Shown here piece after piece: positions 28,717-37,244 of a DNA stretch of 64,000 nt. The position numbers were made by a program, and so were the translations under genes. The notes beneath the pieces are model-generated. The model saw nothing but the letters and a program-made list of their open reading frames with translations. It was not told where the DNA came from and ran no database searches. How positions within the stretch are numbered: the first letter of the stretch is position 1; every line of letters starts with the position of its first letter. The DNA comes from Planctomycetota bacterium (GTDB lineage: Bacteria; Planctomycetota; UBA11346), in the NCBI GenBank assembly GCA_038231435.1, contig JBBRLJ010000027.1, forward strand, positions 14,517 through 78,516, in the 5' to 3' direction.

Positions 28717-30009
28717 ATGCGCAGTCCCGCGCTTCCGCTCATCGCCCTCGTGCTCGTCCTGCCCAGCGGTTGCGGCAAGCCGGATGCACCCGCGCCGCAG
28801 ATGATGCCGCCTCCGCCGATGGTCGGCTCGGCGCGGCCGCTGAAGCAAGAGCTGCCGGTGGTGCGCGAGGTGACCGGCCGCCTGGAAGCCGTCCAGTCGG
28901 TCGAGCTGCGGCCGCGCGTGGGCGGCATGATCGAACACGTGCTGGTGAAGAACGGCGCCGAGGTCAAGGCGGGCGACGTGCTCGTCACCATCGACGAGAC
29001 GCCGCTGCGCATCACCGTCGCGCAGTCAGAGGCCGCGTTCGCCCGTTCGGAGACCGCGCTCGCGCTCGCGCGCCAACAGCACGAACGTGCACGCCAGCTG
29101 GTCGAGCAGCACGTCTCGCCGCAGCAGACGCTCGACGATCTGACCGCCGCGCTGCGCTCGGCGGAGGCCAACCGCGCCGAGAGCGCGGCGCTGCTCGACT
29201 CCGCGCGGCTGAACCTCAGCTACGCCAAGTTGACCGCGCCGATCGACGGGCGCATCGGTCAGATCCTGACCACCGAGGGCAATCTCGTCCAGGGCGGAGG
29301 CCCGGTGCCGGCGACGCTCATCACCTCGCTGGTGAGCCTCGATCCGATCGATGTGGTTGTCGACCTGGACGAGGCGACCTGGACCGTCGTCGGCGAACGC
29401 TTCCGCGCCGCGGGCGCGGCCGATGGCGCGCACGGTGCCGATCAGGTGCCGGTGGATCTGGGCATCCCTGGCGAAGCGGGCTATCCGCACCACGGCTACA
29501 TCGCCTACGCCGACAATCGCGTCGATCCGGCCAGTGGCTCGATCCGCGTCCACGCGCGGCTCAAGAATCCCGAGCGCGTGCTGACCCCTGGCGCGTTCGC
29601 GCGCGTGCGCGTCGAGATCGCGCCGCCGCGCCCGGTGCTGCTGATCAACGACCAGGCAGTGCAGAACCAGCTGGCCACCCGCTACGTCTTGGTGATCGGC
29701 GAGCACGGCGTCACCGAATTCCGCCCCGTGCAGCTCGGAGACCGCTACGGCGTGCTGCGCGTGGTGCTCTCTGGCGTCGGCCCTGAGGACACCATCGTGG
29801 TTAGCGGCTTGGCGAAGGTCTTCTTCCCGGGCATGCCGGTGAATCCGGTGCCGACCTCGATGGAGAGCCCGGCGGTGGTCGAAGCGCCCGCCGGCACCGA
29901 TGCCGGCAAGGGCGGCGGCGGCAAGGCCGCGCCTGGCGATGCGCAGGCCAAACCCGGCGCCCCTGGCGACAAGCCCGGAGACAAGCCGGCTGACGGGCAC
30001 GGGAAATGA
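28717..30009 (+). CDS. RND efflux periplasmic adaptor (MexE/AcrA-like lipoprotein)
   Basis: LVLPSGC lipobox; VELRPRVGG; V.AGDVLV.ID; LSYAKLTAPIDGRIG; DNRVDPASGSIRV; LTPGAFARV. Confidence 0.95.
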   Translation: MRSPALPLIALVLVLPSGCGKPDAPAPQMMPPPPMVGSARPLKQELPVVREVTGRLEAVQSVELRPRVGGMIEHVLVKNGAEVKAGDVLVTIDETPLRITVAQSEAAFARSETALALARQQHERARQLVEQHVSPQQTLDDLTAALRSAEANRAESAALLDSARLNLSYAKLTAPIDGRIGQILTTEGNLVQGGGPVPATLITSLVSLDPIDVVVDLDEATWTVVGERFRAAGAADGAHGADQVPVDLGIPGEAGYPHHGYIAYADNRVDPASGSIRVHARLKNPERVLTPGAFARVRVEIAPPRPVLLINDQAVQNQLATRYVLVIGEHGVTEFRPVQLGDRYGVLRVVLSGVGPEDTIVVSGLAKVFFPGMPVNPVPTSMESPAVVEAPAGTDAGKGGGGKAAPGDAQAKPGAPGDKPGDKPADGHGK

Positions 30010-33000
30010 GGCTTCCGCAATATTTCATCGACCGCCCGATCTTCGCGGGGGTGCTGTCGATCTTCATCATGCTGATCGGCGCCGCGGCGCTGACCCGGCT
30101 GCCGATCTCGGAATATCCCGAGGTGGTGCCGCCAACCCTGGTGATCGCCGCGCGCTATCCGGGCGCCAGTCCCGAGACCGTGTCGGCTACCGTGGCCGGG
30201 CCGCTCGAGCAGCAGATGACGGGCCTGAACGACCTGCTCTACATGCTCTCGCAGAGCAGCGCCGACGGCGGCATGAGCTTGACGCTGACCTTCAAGAAGG
30301 GCACCAACCTCAACGACGCCCTGGTCGAAGTGCAGAACCGCATCCAGCAGGCCAGCCCGCGCCTGCCGGACGAGGTCAGGCGCTTCGGCGTGGTCGCGCA
30401 GCGCCGCGGCGACCTGCTGATGGTGATCAATGTCCTCTCGGAGGACAACAGCTTCGACACCCTGACGCTGGTCAACTATTCGAAGCTCTTCATCCGCAAC
30501 CGCCTGGCGACCGTGCCAGGCGTGGGCGATGCGGTCGTCTTCGGCGCCGGCGACTACAGCATGCGCGTGTGGCTCGACCCGGCGAAGCTCGACGCCCGCG
30601 GCCTGCAGCCGGGCGACGTGATCAACGCCATCCGCGGCCAGAACGTCCAGGTCACCGCGGGCACGCTCGCTGAGCCGCCCACCACCGGCGTGGCCCCCAT
30701 CCAGCTCCAGCTCATCACCCAGGGCCGCCTAAGCGACGCCAAGGAGTTCGAGGACATCATCGTCTCGCGCGGCGCCCAGGGCCAGCTGGTGCGCCTGAGC
30801 GACGTCGCGCGCGTCGAGCTCGGCGGCAACACCTACGCCATCGCCAGCTCGCTCGACAACAAGCCGGCGGCCGCGATCCCGATCTTCCAGGCCCCCGGAT
30901 CCAACGCCCTGGCGACCTCGACCGCGGTCCGCGCGATGATGGACGAGATCACCAAGACCATGCCCAAGGGCATGGCCCCTTACATCATCTACGATCCGAC
31001 CACCTTCGTGCGCGCCTCGATCACCGAGGTGGTGAAGACCCTGCTCATCGCCATCGGGCTGGTGGTGCTGGTGGTCATCCTCTTCCTGCAGACCTGGCGA
31101 GCCTCGCTGATCCCGCTGGTCGCGGTGCCGTCCTCGCTGATCGGCACCTTCGCGGTGATGTACTGGCTCGGCTTCTCGATCAATTCGCTGTCGCTGTTCG
31201 GGCTGGTGCTGTCCATCGGCATCGTCGTCGACGACGCGATCGTGGTCACCGAGAACGTGCTGCGCAATCTCGAGAACGGGCTGCAGCCGCGCGCCGCGAC
31301 CAAGCAGGCGATGCGCGAGGTCTCGGGGCCGATCGTCGCCTCGGCGCTGGTGCTGAGCTCGGTGTTCATCCCCACCGCGTTCATCAGCGGACTCAGCGGC
31401 GCCTTCTACCAGCAGTTCGCGCTCACCATCGCCATCTCGACCGTGATCTCGGCCTTCAGCTCGCTGACCCTGAGCCCCGCGCTCGCGGCGCTCCTGCTCA
31501 AGCCGATGGTGCACGGCCAGCGTCCCGGCGGGCCGTTGCTCGGCTGGTTCTTCGGCGGCTTCAACTGGCTGTTCGGCGCCACCTCCAGCGGCTACGTGCG
31601 CGCCGCGGCCACCGGCATCCGCTTCCGGCCGATCATGCTGGTCCTCTACGCCTGCCTGATCGGCCTCGGGGTGTGGCTGTTCATGCGCACGCCATCGGCG
31701 TTCGTCCCGGCCCAGGACAAGGGCTTCCTGATCGTGATCGTCAAGCTGCCCGACGGCGCCTCGCTCGACCGCACCAAGGAAGCGGTGCGGCAGATGACCG
31801 AGCTCGCGCACAAGAACCCCGCGGTCAAGAATGTCATCGTCTTCGCGGGCATGAGCCCTGCCTTCGCTTCGATGTCCAACTTCGCGCTCGGCTTCATCCG
31901 CCTGAACGAATACGAGGAGCGCACCACGCCCGAGCTCTCGGGCCCGGCCATCGCCGGAGCCCTCAGTGGAGCGTTCTCGCAGGTGCCCGACGCGCTGTGC
32001 TTCGCGTTCTCGCCACCGCCGGTGTTCGGATTGGGCCTCACCGGAGGTTTCGACCTGTTCCTGCAGGACCGCTCGGGCATGGGCCTGCCGGCGCTGTACG
32101 CCACCGCCCAGCAGGTGCTGGGCGGCATGCGCCAGTCGAAGCTGCTCGATCCGGGCCAGAGCCGCACGCTCTTCACCATGGGCGTGCCGCGCATCCAGGT
32201 GGACGTCGACCGCGAGAAGCTCGTCGCCCAAGGCGTGCCCATCGCCAACGTCTACGATGCGCTCCAGGGTTACTTCGGCTCGGTGTACGTGAATGACTTC
32301 AACCGCTTCAACCGCACCTGGCAGGTGACGGTGCAGGCGGATTCGCCGTTCCGCATGTCGCCGAACGACGTGACCCGCATCAAGGTCAAGAACAACGCCG
32401 GGCAGATGGTGCCCCTGTCGTCCTTCGTGGCCCTCAGCGAGGTGGCGGGTCCAACCCAGGCGAACAACTACAATACCTACCCCTCGATCGACATCTCGGG
32501 CGCCGGCGCGCCCGGCGTCAGCGGCGATCAGGCGATGGCCGAGACGACCTCCATCCTGCAACGGACCCTGCCACCCGGCGTCGGCTACGAATGGACGGGC
32601 CTCACCTACCAGCAGATCCTGGCGGGCAATTCAGCGGTCTACATCTTCCCGATCTGCGTGCTGCTGGTGGTGCTGGTCCTGGCCGCGTTCTACGAAAGCA
32701 TCGTACTGCCCCTGGCGATCGTGCTGATCGTGCCGCTGTGCCTGCTCTCGGCCTTCATCGGCATCAACCTCGCTCATGGCGACAACAACATCATGACCCA
32801 GATCGGCCTGATCGTGCTGGTCGGCCTGGCCTGCAAGAACGCCATCCTGATCGTCGAATTCGCGAAGGACGCCGAGACCCTGCATGGGCTCGATCCGATC
32901 TCGGCGGCGGTCGACGCCTGCCGCAAGCGCTTCCGGCCGGTGCTGATGACCTCCCTCGCCTTCATCATGGGCGTGCTGCCCCTGGTCAACGCCTTCGGGG

Positions 33001-33152
33001 CGGGCGCTGAACTGCGCCGCGCCACGGGCGTGACGGTGTTCTCCGGCATGATCGGCGTGACCTTCTTCGGCCTGCTGCTCACCCCGGTGTTCTACGTGGT
33101 TCTGCGCAAGATCAGCGGCCGCAAGCTGCACGTCCACGACGAGACTGACTGA
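30006..33152 (+). CDS. RND efflux permease, HAE1 family (MexF-like)
   Basis: FIDRPIFA; LPISEYPEVVPP; IGIVVDDAIVV.EN; GLACKNAILIVEFA; RFRPVLMTSLAF; 1048 aa. Confidence 0.96.
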   Translation: MRLPQYFIDRPIFAGVLSIFIMLIGAAALTRLPISEYPEVVPPTLVIAARYPGASPETVSATVAGPLEQQMTGLNDLLYMLSQSSADGGMSLTLTFKKGTNLNDALVEVQNRIQQASPRLPDEVRRFGVVAQRRGDLLMVINVLSEDNSFDTLTLVNYSKLFIRNRLATVPGVGDAVVFGAGDYSMRVWLDPAKLDARGLQPGDVINAIRGQNVQVTAGTLAEPPTTGVAPIQLQLITQGRLSDAKEFEDIIVSRGAQGQLVRLSDVARVELGGNTYAIASSLDNKPAAAIPIFQAPGSNALATSTAVRAMMDEITKTMPKGMAPYIIYDPTTFVRASITEVVKTLLIAIGLVVLVVILFLQTWRASLIPLVAVPSSLIGTFAVMYWLGFSINSLSLFGLVLSIGIVVDDAIVVTENVLRNLENGLQPRAATKQAMREVSGPIVASALVLSSVFIPTAFISGLSGAFYQQFALTIAISTVISAFSSLTLSPALAALLLKPMVHGQRPGGPLLGWFFGGFNWLFGATSSGYVRAAATGIRFRPIMLVLYACLIGLGVWLFMRTPSAFVPAQDKGFLIVIVKLPDGASLDRTKEAVRQMTELAHKNPAVKNVIVFAGMSPAFASMSNFALGFIRLNEYEERTTPELSGPAIAGALSGAFSQVPDALCFAFSPPPVFGLGLTGGFDLFLQDRSGMGLPALYATAQQVLGGMRQSKLLDPGQSRTLFTMGVPRIQVDVDREKLVAQGVPIANVYDALQGYFGSVYVNDFNRFNRTWQVTVQADSPFRMSPNDVTRIKVKNNAGQMVPLSSFVALSEVAGPTQANNYNTYPSIDISGAGAPGVSGDQAMAETTSILQRTLPPGVGYEWTGLTYQQILAGNSAVYIFPICVLLVVLVLAAFYESIVLPLAIVLIVPLCLLSAFIGINLAHGDNNIMTQIGLIVLVGLACKNAILIVEFAKDAETLHGLDPISAAVDACRKRFRPVLMTSLAFIMGVLPLVNAFGAGAELRRATGVTVFSGMIGVTFFGLLLTPVFYVVLRKISGRKLHVHDETD

Positions 33153-33164
33153 GCAACACCACGG

Positions 33165-33193
33165 AAAAGCCCACGGCCGCCTGGCCGTGGGCT
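33165..33193 (-). terminator. Intrinsic terminator hairpin between convergent genes
   Basis: 11-bp stem AGCCCACGGCC/GGCCGTGGGCT, 4-nt loop, short T-run on the minus strand. Confidence 0.7.
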
Positions 33194-33217
33194 CGCGAGG
33201 CGTTCCTCTTACGCGGT

Positions 33218-33835
33218 TCAGACGTCGGTGGGAGTCGTCGAGGTGCGGGTGCTGCCCTGGCCGCTGCTCTTGCCAGAGGTAGAGGACTTGTTCTTGTCGC
33301 GATTCGCGCCGCTCTTGGGAACGCTCGACTCGCCGGTGTAGGCGATGTCCTTGGCGCCGCCCTGCTTGAAGATCTCCTTCACGCGGCTGATCTCGTCGCC
33401 CTTCTCGGTATGCACCGAGATGAGGATGTTGCCTTCGCGGATCATGCCCTCGTAGCGCTTGGCTTCGTACTCCGGGATGCCAAGGCCGATCAGGGCGCCG
33501 GTGAGTCCGCCGACCGCGCCGCCGACCGCCGCGCCACCGAGCGCCGCCATGATCGGCCCGGCGGCGATGAACGGACCGACGCCGGGGATCGCGAGCGCGC
33601 CGATGCCGACGAGCCAGCCGAGCGCGCCGCCGAGCAGGCCACCCGTCGCGCCGCCGGTCGCCGCGCCCTCGGGCGCCTTGGTGTGCTTCTCGTGGGCGAA
33701 GTCCTTGCCGCTGCGCTTGTCGGGGAACAACGCCGAGATGTCGCTTCCTGCGAAGCCTGCGGCGCGGAGCTGGTCGACGATGGCATCGGCCTGCTGGGTG
33801 GTGGGGATGATGGCGATGACGGATTTGTTGCTCAT
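33218..33835 (-). CDS. General stress protein (YflT/17M-like) with glycine-zipper membrane segment
   Basis: A..IV.QLRAAGF...DISAL; GAATGGATGGLLGG...IPGVGPFIAAGP...GLGIPEYEAKRYE..IREGNILISVH. Confidence 0.85.
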   Translation of the reverse strand: MSNKSVIAIIPTTQQADAIVDQLRAAGFAGSDISALFPDKRSGKDFAHEKHTKAPEGAATGGATGGLLGGALGWLVGIGALAIPGVGPFIAAGPIMAALGGAAVGGAVGGLTGALIGLGIPEYEAKRYEGMIREGNILISVHTEKGDEISRVKEIFKQGGAKDIAYTGESSVPKSGANRDKNKSSTSGKSSGQGSTRTSTTPTDV

Positions 33836-33875
33836 GGGATGATCCTTGGTGGGTGTGGGTGATGAGTCGACGCGA

Positions 33876-34292
33876 TCACTTCGCGGCGATCTCGAGCTGG
33901 TTGTCGACCTTGGTCACGCCGGCGGTCTTGGTGGCGAGATCGCCGATGCGGCTCTTCTCGTTCTCGTCCTTCACCGGTCCGCGCAGCGTCACCACGCCAT
34001 CCTTGGCAAGGATCTTGACGTTGTGGCCGTTGGTCGAGATGGCGTCGTCCTTGGTCACCGCGCGACGGATCGCTTGCAGCAGCTTGCGGTCGGCTTCGCT
34101 GAGGTTCTGGTCGTCGGCGGTGGGATTCGCGTCGTCGCGATCGCGCTTGTTGACCTTGGTGTTTGCCGGATCGGTGGCGGGCGCGCCGATGGTCGCTGCG
34201 GAGGTGTCGGTGGCGGGCGCAGGCGTGGAGGCGTCGGCCGCATAGGCGTTGCCGAAGCAGGCGGCCACGGCGCACAGGAGCAGATGTTTCAT
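33876..34292 (-). CDS. BON-domain (OsmY-like) periplasmic protein
   Basis: Signal peptide; NTKVNKRDR..TADDQ; DRKLLQAIRRA...NVKI..DGVVTLRGPV...GVTKVDNQLEI. Confidence 0.92.
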   Translation of the reverse strand: MKHLLLCAVAACFGNAYAADASTPAPATDTSAATIGAPATDPANTKVNKRDRDDANPTADDQNLSEADRKLLQAIRRAVTKDDAISTNGHNVKILAKDGVVTLRGPVKDENEKSRIGDLATKTAGVTKVDNQLEIAAK

Positions 34293-34588
34293 GGGTCGTT
34301 CCTTAGGGGTTTCACGGTGATCGAGTGGGAACCATGCCCAAACGACCTTGTGCGCGGAGATCCCGATTGCCAAACCCTGCACCCAGGACCTATCTACACG
34401 ATCCGCCATGCCTTGGCGTGTCCGCGAGGAGCCTCACGAGCAGCGATCCGGGTACGGACACGTCATCCGGTAGAGGCTTTGCGGAATTGGTGCACCGTCG
34501 CCGCCCGCCGTCCGTCAGAGTCTGAACTATACCCCGCATCGGCATGCGCTGATAACGGCTGAATCATCATCACCCACGGGATTCCCAC

Positions 34589-34792
34589 ATGAACAAGCCC
34601 ATCGCCATCGTGTTCCTCGTCGCCGGCATCGTCCTCCTGGTCTTCGGTTTCACCTCGGCCGACTCCATCGGTTCGCACATCACCAAGTTCTTCTCGGGGC
34701 ATCCCACCGACAAGGCGATGTGGCTGCTGATCGGCGGTGCGGTCTGCACGGCGATCGGACTGATCGGCCTCGCGCGCACGGGCAAGGCCTAG
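34589..34792 (+). CDS. DUF3185-family small membrane protein
   Basis: MNK.IAIVFLVAGIVLLVFG...SIGS.ITKFFSG.PTDKAMWLLIGG. Confidence 0.85.
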   Translation: MNKPIAIVFLVAGIVLLVFGFTSADSIGSHITKFFSGHPTDKAMWLLIGGAVCTAIGLIGLARTGKA

Positions 34793-34826
34793 TCTTGCCG
34801 ATCATCCCTCACGCGCCGGTGGCGAT

Positions 34827-35993
34827 ATGAAAGAACCATCCAGCGCCACCTCCGGCGCGCTGGTGCCATCCGAATCGGCGCTGCGTCCGCCGACCCTGGC
34901 TGCCCACGTGGCCCCGGCGATGGTCCAGGCGAAGGCCGCGACCGGCGTCCTGCTGCTGATGCTGATGGCGACGCTCTACATCGGCAAGGCGCTGTTCCTG
35001 CCCATCATCATCGCGGTGATGCTGAGCTTCCTGTTCGCGCCGTTCGTGCGCTGGTTGGCCGATGTCGGCATCCCGCGCATGCTGGGCGCGCTCATCGTCC
35101 TCGGACTGGTCGGAGGGGTGATCGGCGTTGGCGCCTATCAGCTGTCCGGACCAGCCAGCGAATGGATGGAGCGCCTGCCCGAAGCACTGAAGGACGTCAA
35201 AACCAAGCTCCACTCGCTCAAGCATCCGGTGGACCGGGTGAATGAGGCCGCCAAGCAGGTGGAGACCCTGACCACCGCCAAGGATCCGGGACAGCAGGTG
35301 GTGTCGATGGCGCAGCCGTCGAGCCTCGCCTCGCACGTGATGAGCAGTACTGGCGAATTCCTCGCCGGCATGCTGATCACGGTGATCGCGCTGTTCTTCC
35401 TGCTCGCGACCGGCGGGGTGATCCTCGACCGCTTCGTGGCCCTCATACCCGCCCTGCGCAGCGATCACGATCCGAGCAAGATGCTGCTCGGGACCCAGCC
35501 CGAGCTCGATTCCACCATGGTGCTGCGCGAGAGCGAACGCCTCGTCGGGATGTTCCTGCGCACCACCATCGTGATCAATACCGCCCTGGGCGCGGTGCTC
35601 AGTCTCGCCTTCTGGGCGGCCGGCCTGCCCAACCCTCTGCTGTGGGGCGTGCTCGCCGGCATCCTCAACTTCCTGCCGTACGTCGGGCCGGTGATTGGTA
35701 TTCCCATCGTCGGCTTGGCATCGCTGGTGTCGTTCGACACCGTGACCCAGGCGCTGGGCCCACCGCTGATCTACGCCGGCTGCGCGTGCATCGAGGGCAA
35801 CATGATCACGCCCTATGTCCTGGGCAGGCGCCTGGAGATGAGCCCGATCGCGATCTTCCTGTGGATGGCGCTGTGGGCGTGGATGTGGGGCGCCGCGGGC
35901 GCGCTCATCGCCGTGCCCATGCTGGTGATGGTCAAGGCGTTCTGCTCGCGCATCGAGGAGCTCAAGGGCTTCGCGCGCGTGATCGAGCCGTGA
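34827..35993 (+). CDS. AI-2E family (PerM/TqsA-like) transporter
   Basis: PIIIAVMLSFLFAPFVRWL; LWGVLAGILNFLPYVGP; IEGNMITPYVLG; WMWGAAGALIAVP. Confidence 0.92.
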   Translation: MKEPSSATSGALVPSESALRPPTLAAHVAPAMVQAKAATGVLLLMLMATLYIGKALFLPIIIAVMLSFLFAPFVRWLADVGIPRMLGALIVLGLVGGVIGVGAYQLSGPASEWMERLPEALKDVKTKLHSLKHPVDRVNEAAKQVETLTTAKDPGQQVVSMAQPSSLASHVMSSTGEFLAGMLITVIALFFLLATGGVILDRFVALIPALRSDHDPSKMLLGTQPELDSTMVLRESERLVGMFLRTTIVINTALGAVLSLAFWAAGLPNPLLWGVLAGILNFLPYVGPVIGIPIVGLASLVSFDTVTQALGPPLIYAGCACIEGNMITPYVLGRRLEMSPIAIFLWMALWAWMWGAAGALIAVPMLVMVKAFCSRIEELKGFARVIEP

Positions 35994-36126
35994 CGCTCGT
36001 GGCCGACGGGACCTCTTTGGAGGATTCGTGGCCGCGGCGGATCCACCTCGCTTGCACCCCGCCGGCATGACGATGAGATTGCGCATCATTCCGCGCTCTC
36101 CCAACTCCCAGGTGAAAGAAGGCCCC

Positions 36127-36573
36127 ATGCCCCGCTCCCTCATCGCCACTGCCGCGCTCCTCTGCTGCCTGCTTCCCGCGCGCGGCCTCTCCGCCGCCAG
36201 CGCCGACGATCTGGTCGGCACGTGGGTGGTCGATACCGAGGCGACCTGGGACAAGCTCAAGGCGCTCCCCGAGATGGCCGCTGTCGCCGCCAACCAGGTG
36301 GAGACGGTCAAGGCCGCGTTCACCACGCAGTTCTCGACGGCCTCCTTCGAGTTCACCACCGAGAAGCTGGTCTCGACGGTCAACGGCGAGAAGAAGGAGG
36401 AATCCTACACGGTCACCAAGACCGACGGCGACACGCTCTACACCGACGACACCGCGGCCGACGGCAAGGTCAGCCACAGCAAGGTCCTGGTCGCGAAGGA
36501 CAAGCTCGAGTTGACCAACGTCGCCGAGCCCACCCAGACGGTGGTGCTCAAGCGCAAGGCCGCCGGCAAGTGA
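36127..36573 (+). CDS. Exported hypothetical protein (lipocalin-like beta-barrel)
   Basis: Signal peptide; DLVGTW motif; C-terminal VVLKR; strong GC3 codon bias. Confidence 0.7.
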   Translation: MPRSLIATAALLCCLLPARGLSAASADDLVGTWVVDTEATWDKLKALPEMAAVAANQVETVKAAFTTQFSTASFEFTTEKLVSTVNGEKKEESYTVTKTDGDTLYTDDTAADGKVSHSKVLVAKDKLELTNVAEPTQTVVLKRKAAGK

Positions 36574-36582
36574 CGCACGGCT

Positions 36583-36612
36583 CAGCCGATGCCGCGGCCG
36601 CGGCATCGGCTG
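36583..36612. terminator. Perfect 30-bp palindrome between convergent genes, possible bidirectional terminator
   Basis: CAGCCGATGCCGCGG|CCGCGGCATCGGCTG; no U-tract. Confidence 0.5.
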
Positions 36613-36622
36613 CACCGCTTCC

Positions 36623-37051
36623 TCAGAACACCAGCAGCTTCCCGCCCAGATACATCATCTCGCGCGCGTACCAGAACAGCGGGAGCGATACCGCGACGTA
36701 GGCGAGCAGGCGGATGGTGAACGCATGCCGCGGCGGCCTCAGCGTCAGGCTGAGCGTGGTGAGGGCGATGGCGAAGGGCAGCAGCAGCCAGGCGTTCGCT
36801 GAAAAAATATCGTTCAGCCCGAGGGCCTGGGTGGTGCGATCGGTGATGTAGATGCTGCCACGGAGCTCGGCCTTGGTCCATCCCATGAGATGGGCCGCCA
36901 ACACCAGCGGGATGACCGCGTTCCACCTGAGGATGGACAGCGCCGCTTGCGCGCGGGTCCTCGGCCGGGGTTGGAAACCATCACCGGTGTTCACGTCGAC
37001 ATGCATCGCCGCTCCAAGCATCGCATCCTCTAGCATCGCCTCTTCTAGCAT
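36623..37051 (-). CDS. Hypothetical membrane protein (about 3 TM); start uncertain
   Basis: Hydrophobic segments AVIPLVLAAHL, AWLLLPFAIAL, LLAYVAVSLPLFWY. Confidence 0.55.
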   Translation of the reverse strand: MLEEAMLEDAMLGAAMHVDVNTGDGFQPRPRTRAQAALSILRWNAVIPLVLAAHLMGWTKAELRGSIYITDRTTQALGLNDIFSANAWLLLPFAIALTTLSLTLRPPRHAFTIRLLAYVAVSLPLFWYAREMMYLGGKLLVF

Positions 37052-37053
37052 CG
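37003..37053. repeat. Degenerate 15-bp tandem repeat (3+ units)
   Basis: GCATCG at 37003, 37018, 37033, 37048; reads MLEEA-MLEDA-MLGAA-M on the minus strand. Confidence 0.75.
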
Positions 37054-37244
37054 AGGCCTTCCGTGCTTCCGGGCCTGCCCGAGCTCGGGGCCCGGCTCGG
37101 GACGAGTCCAACGTCCCGCCAATCGCAGTGTATATACGAGTGTCCTCGTCAGCGGTTGACCCCGCCTTCCGACCATCCGCGTATGACTGCGGATGCTCGC
37201 ACCCTGCATCTCATCTACTTCATCCCCACATTCCGGAACACTCC

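Noticed and set aside
33218..35993. General-stress cluster (YflT-like, BON, DUF3185, AI-2E) as a novel system
   Set aside because: A commonly co-occurring set in environmental bacteria; nothing unusual visible.
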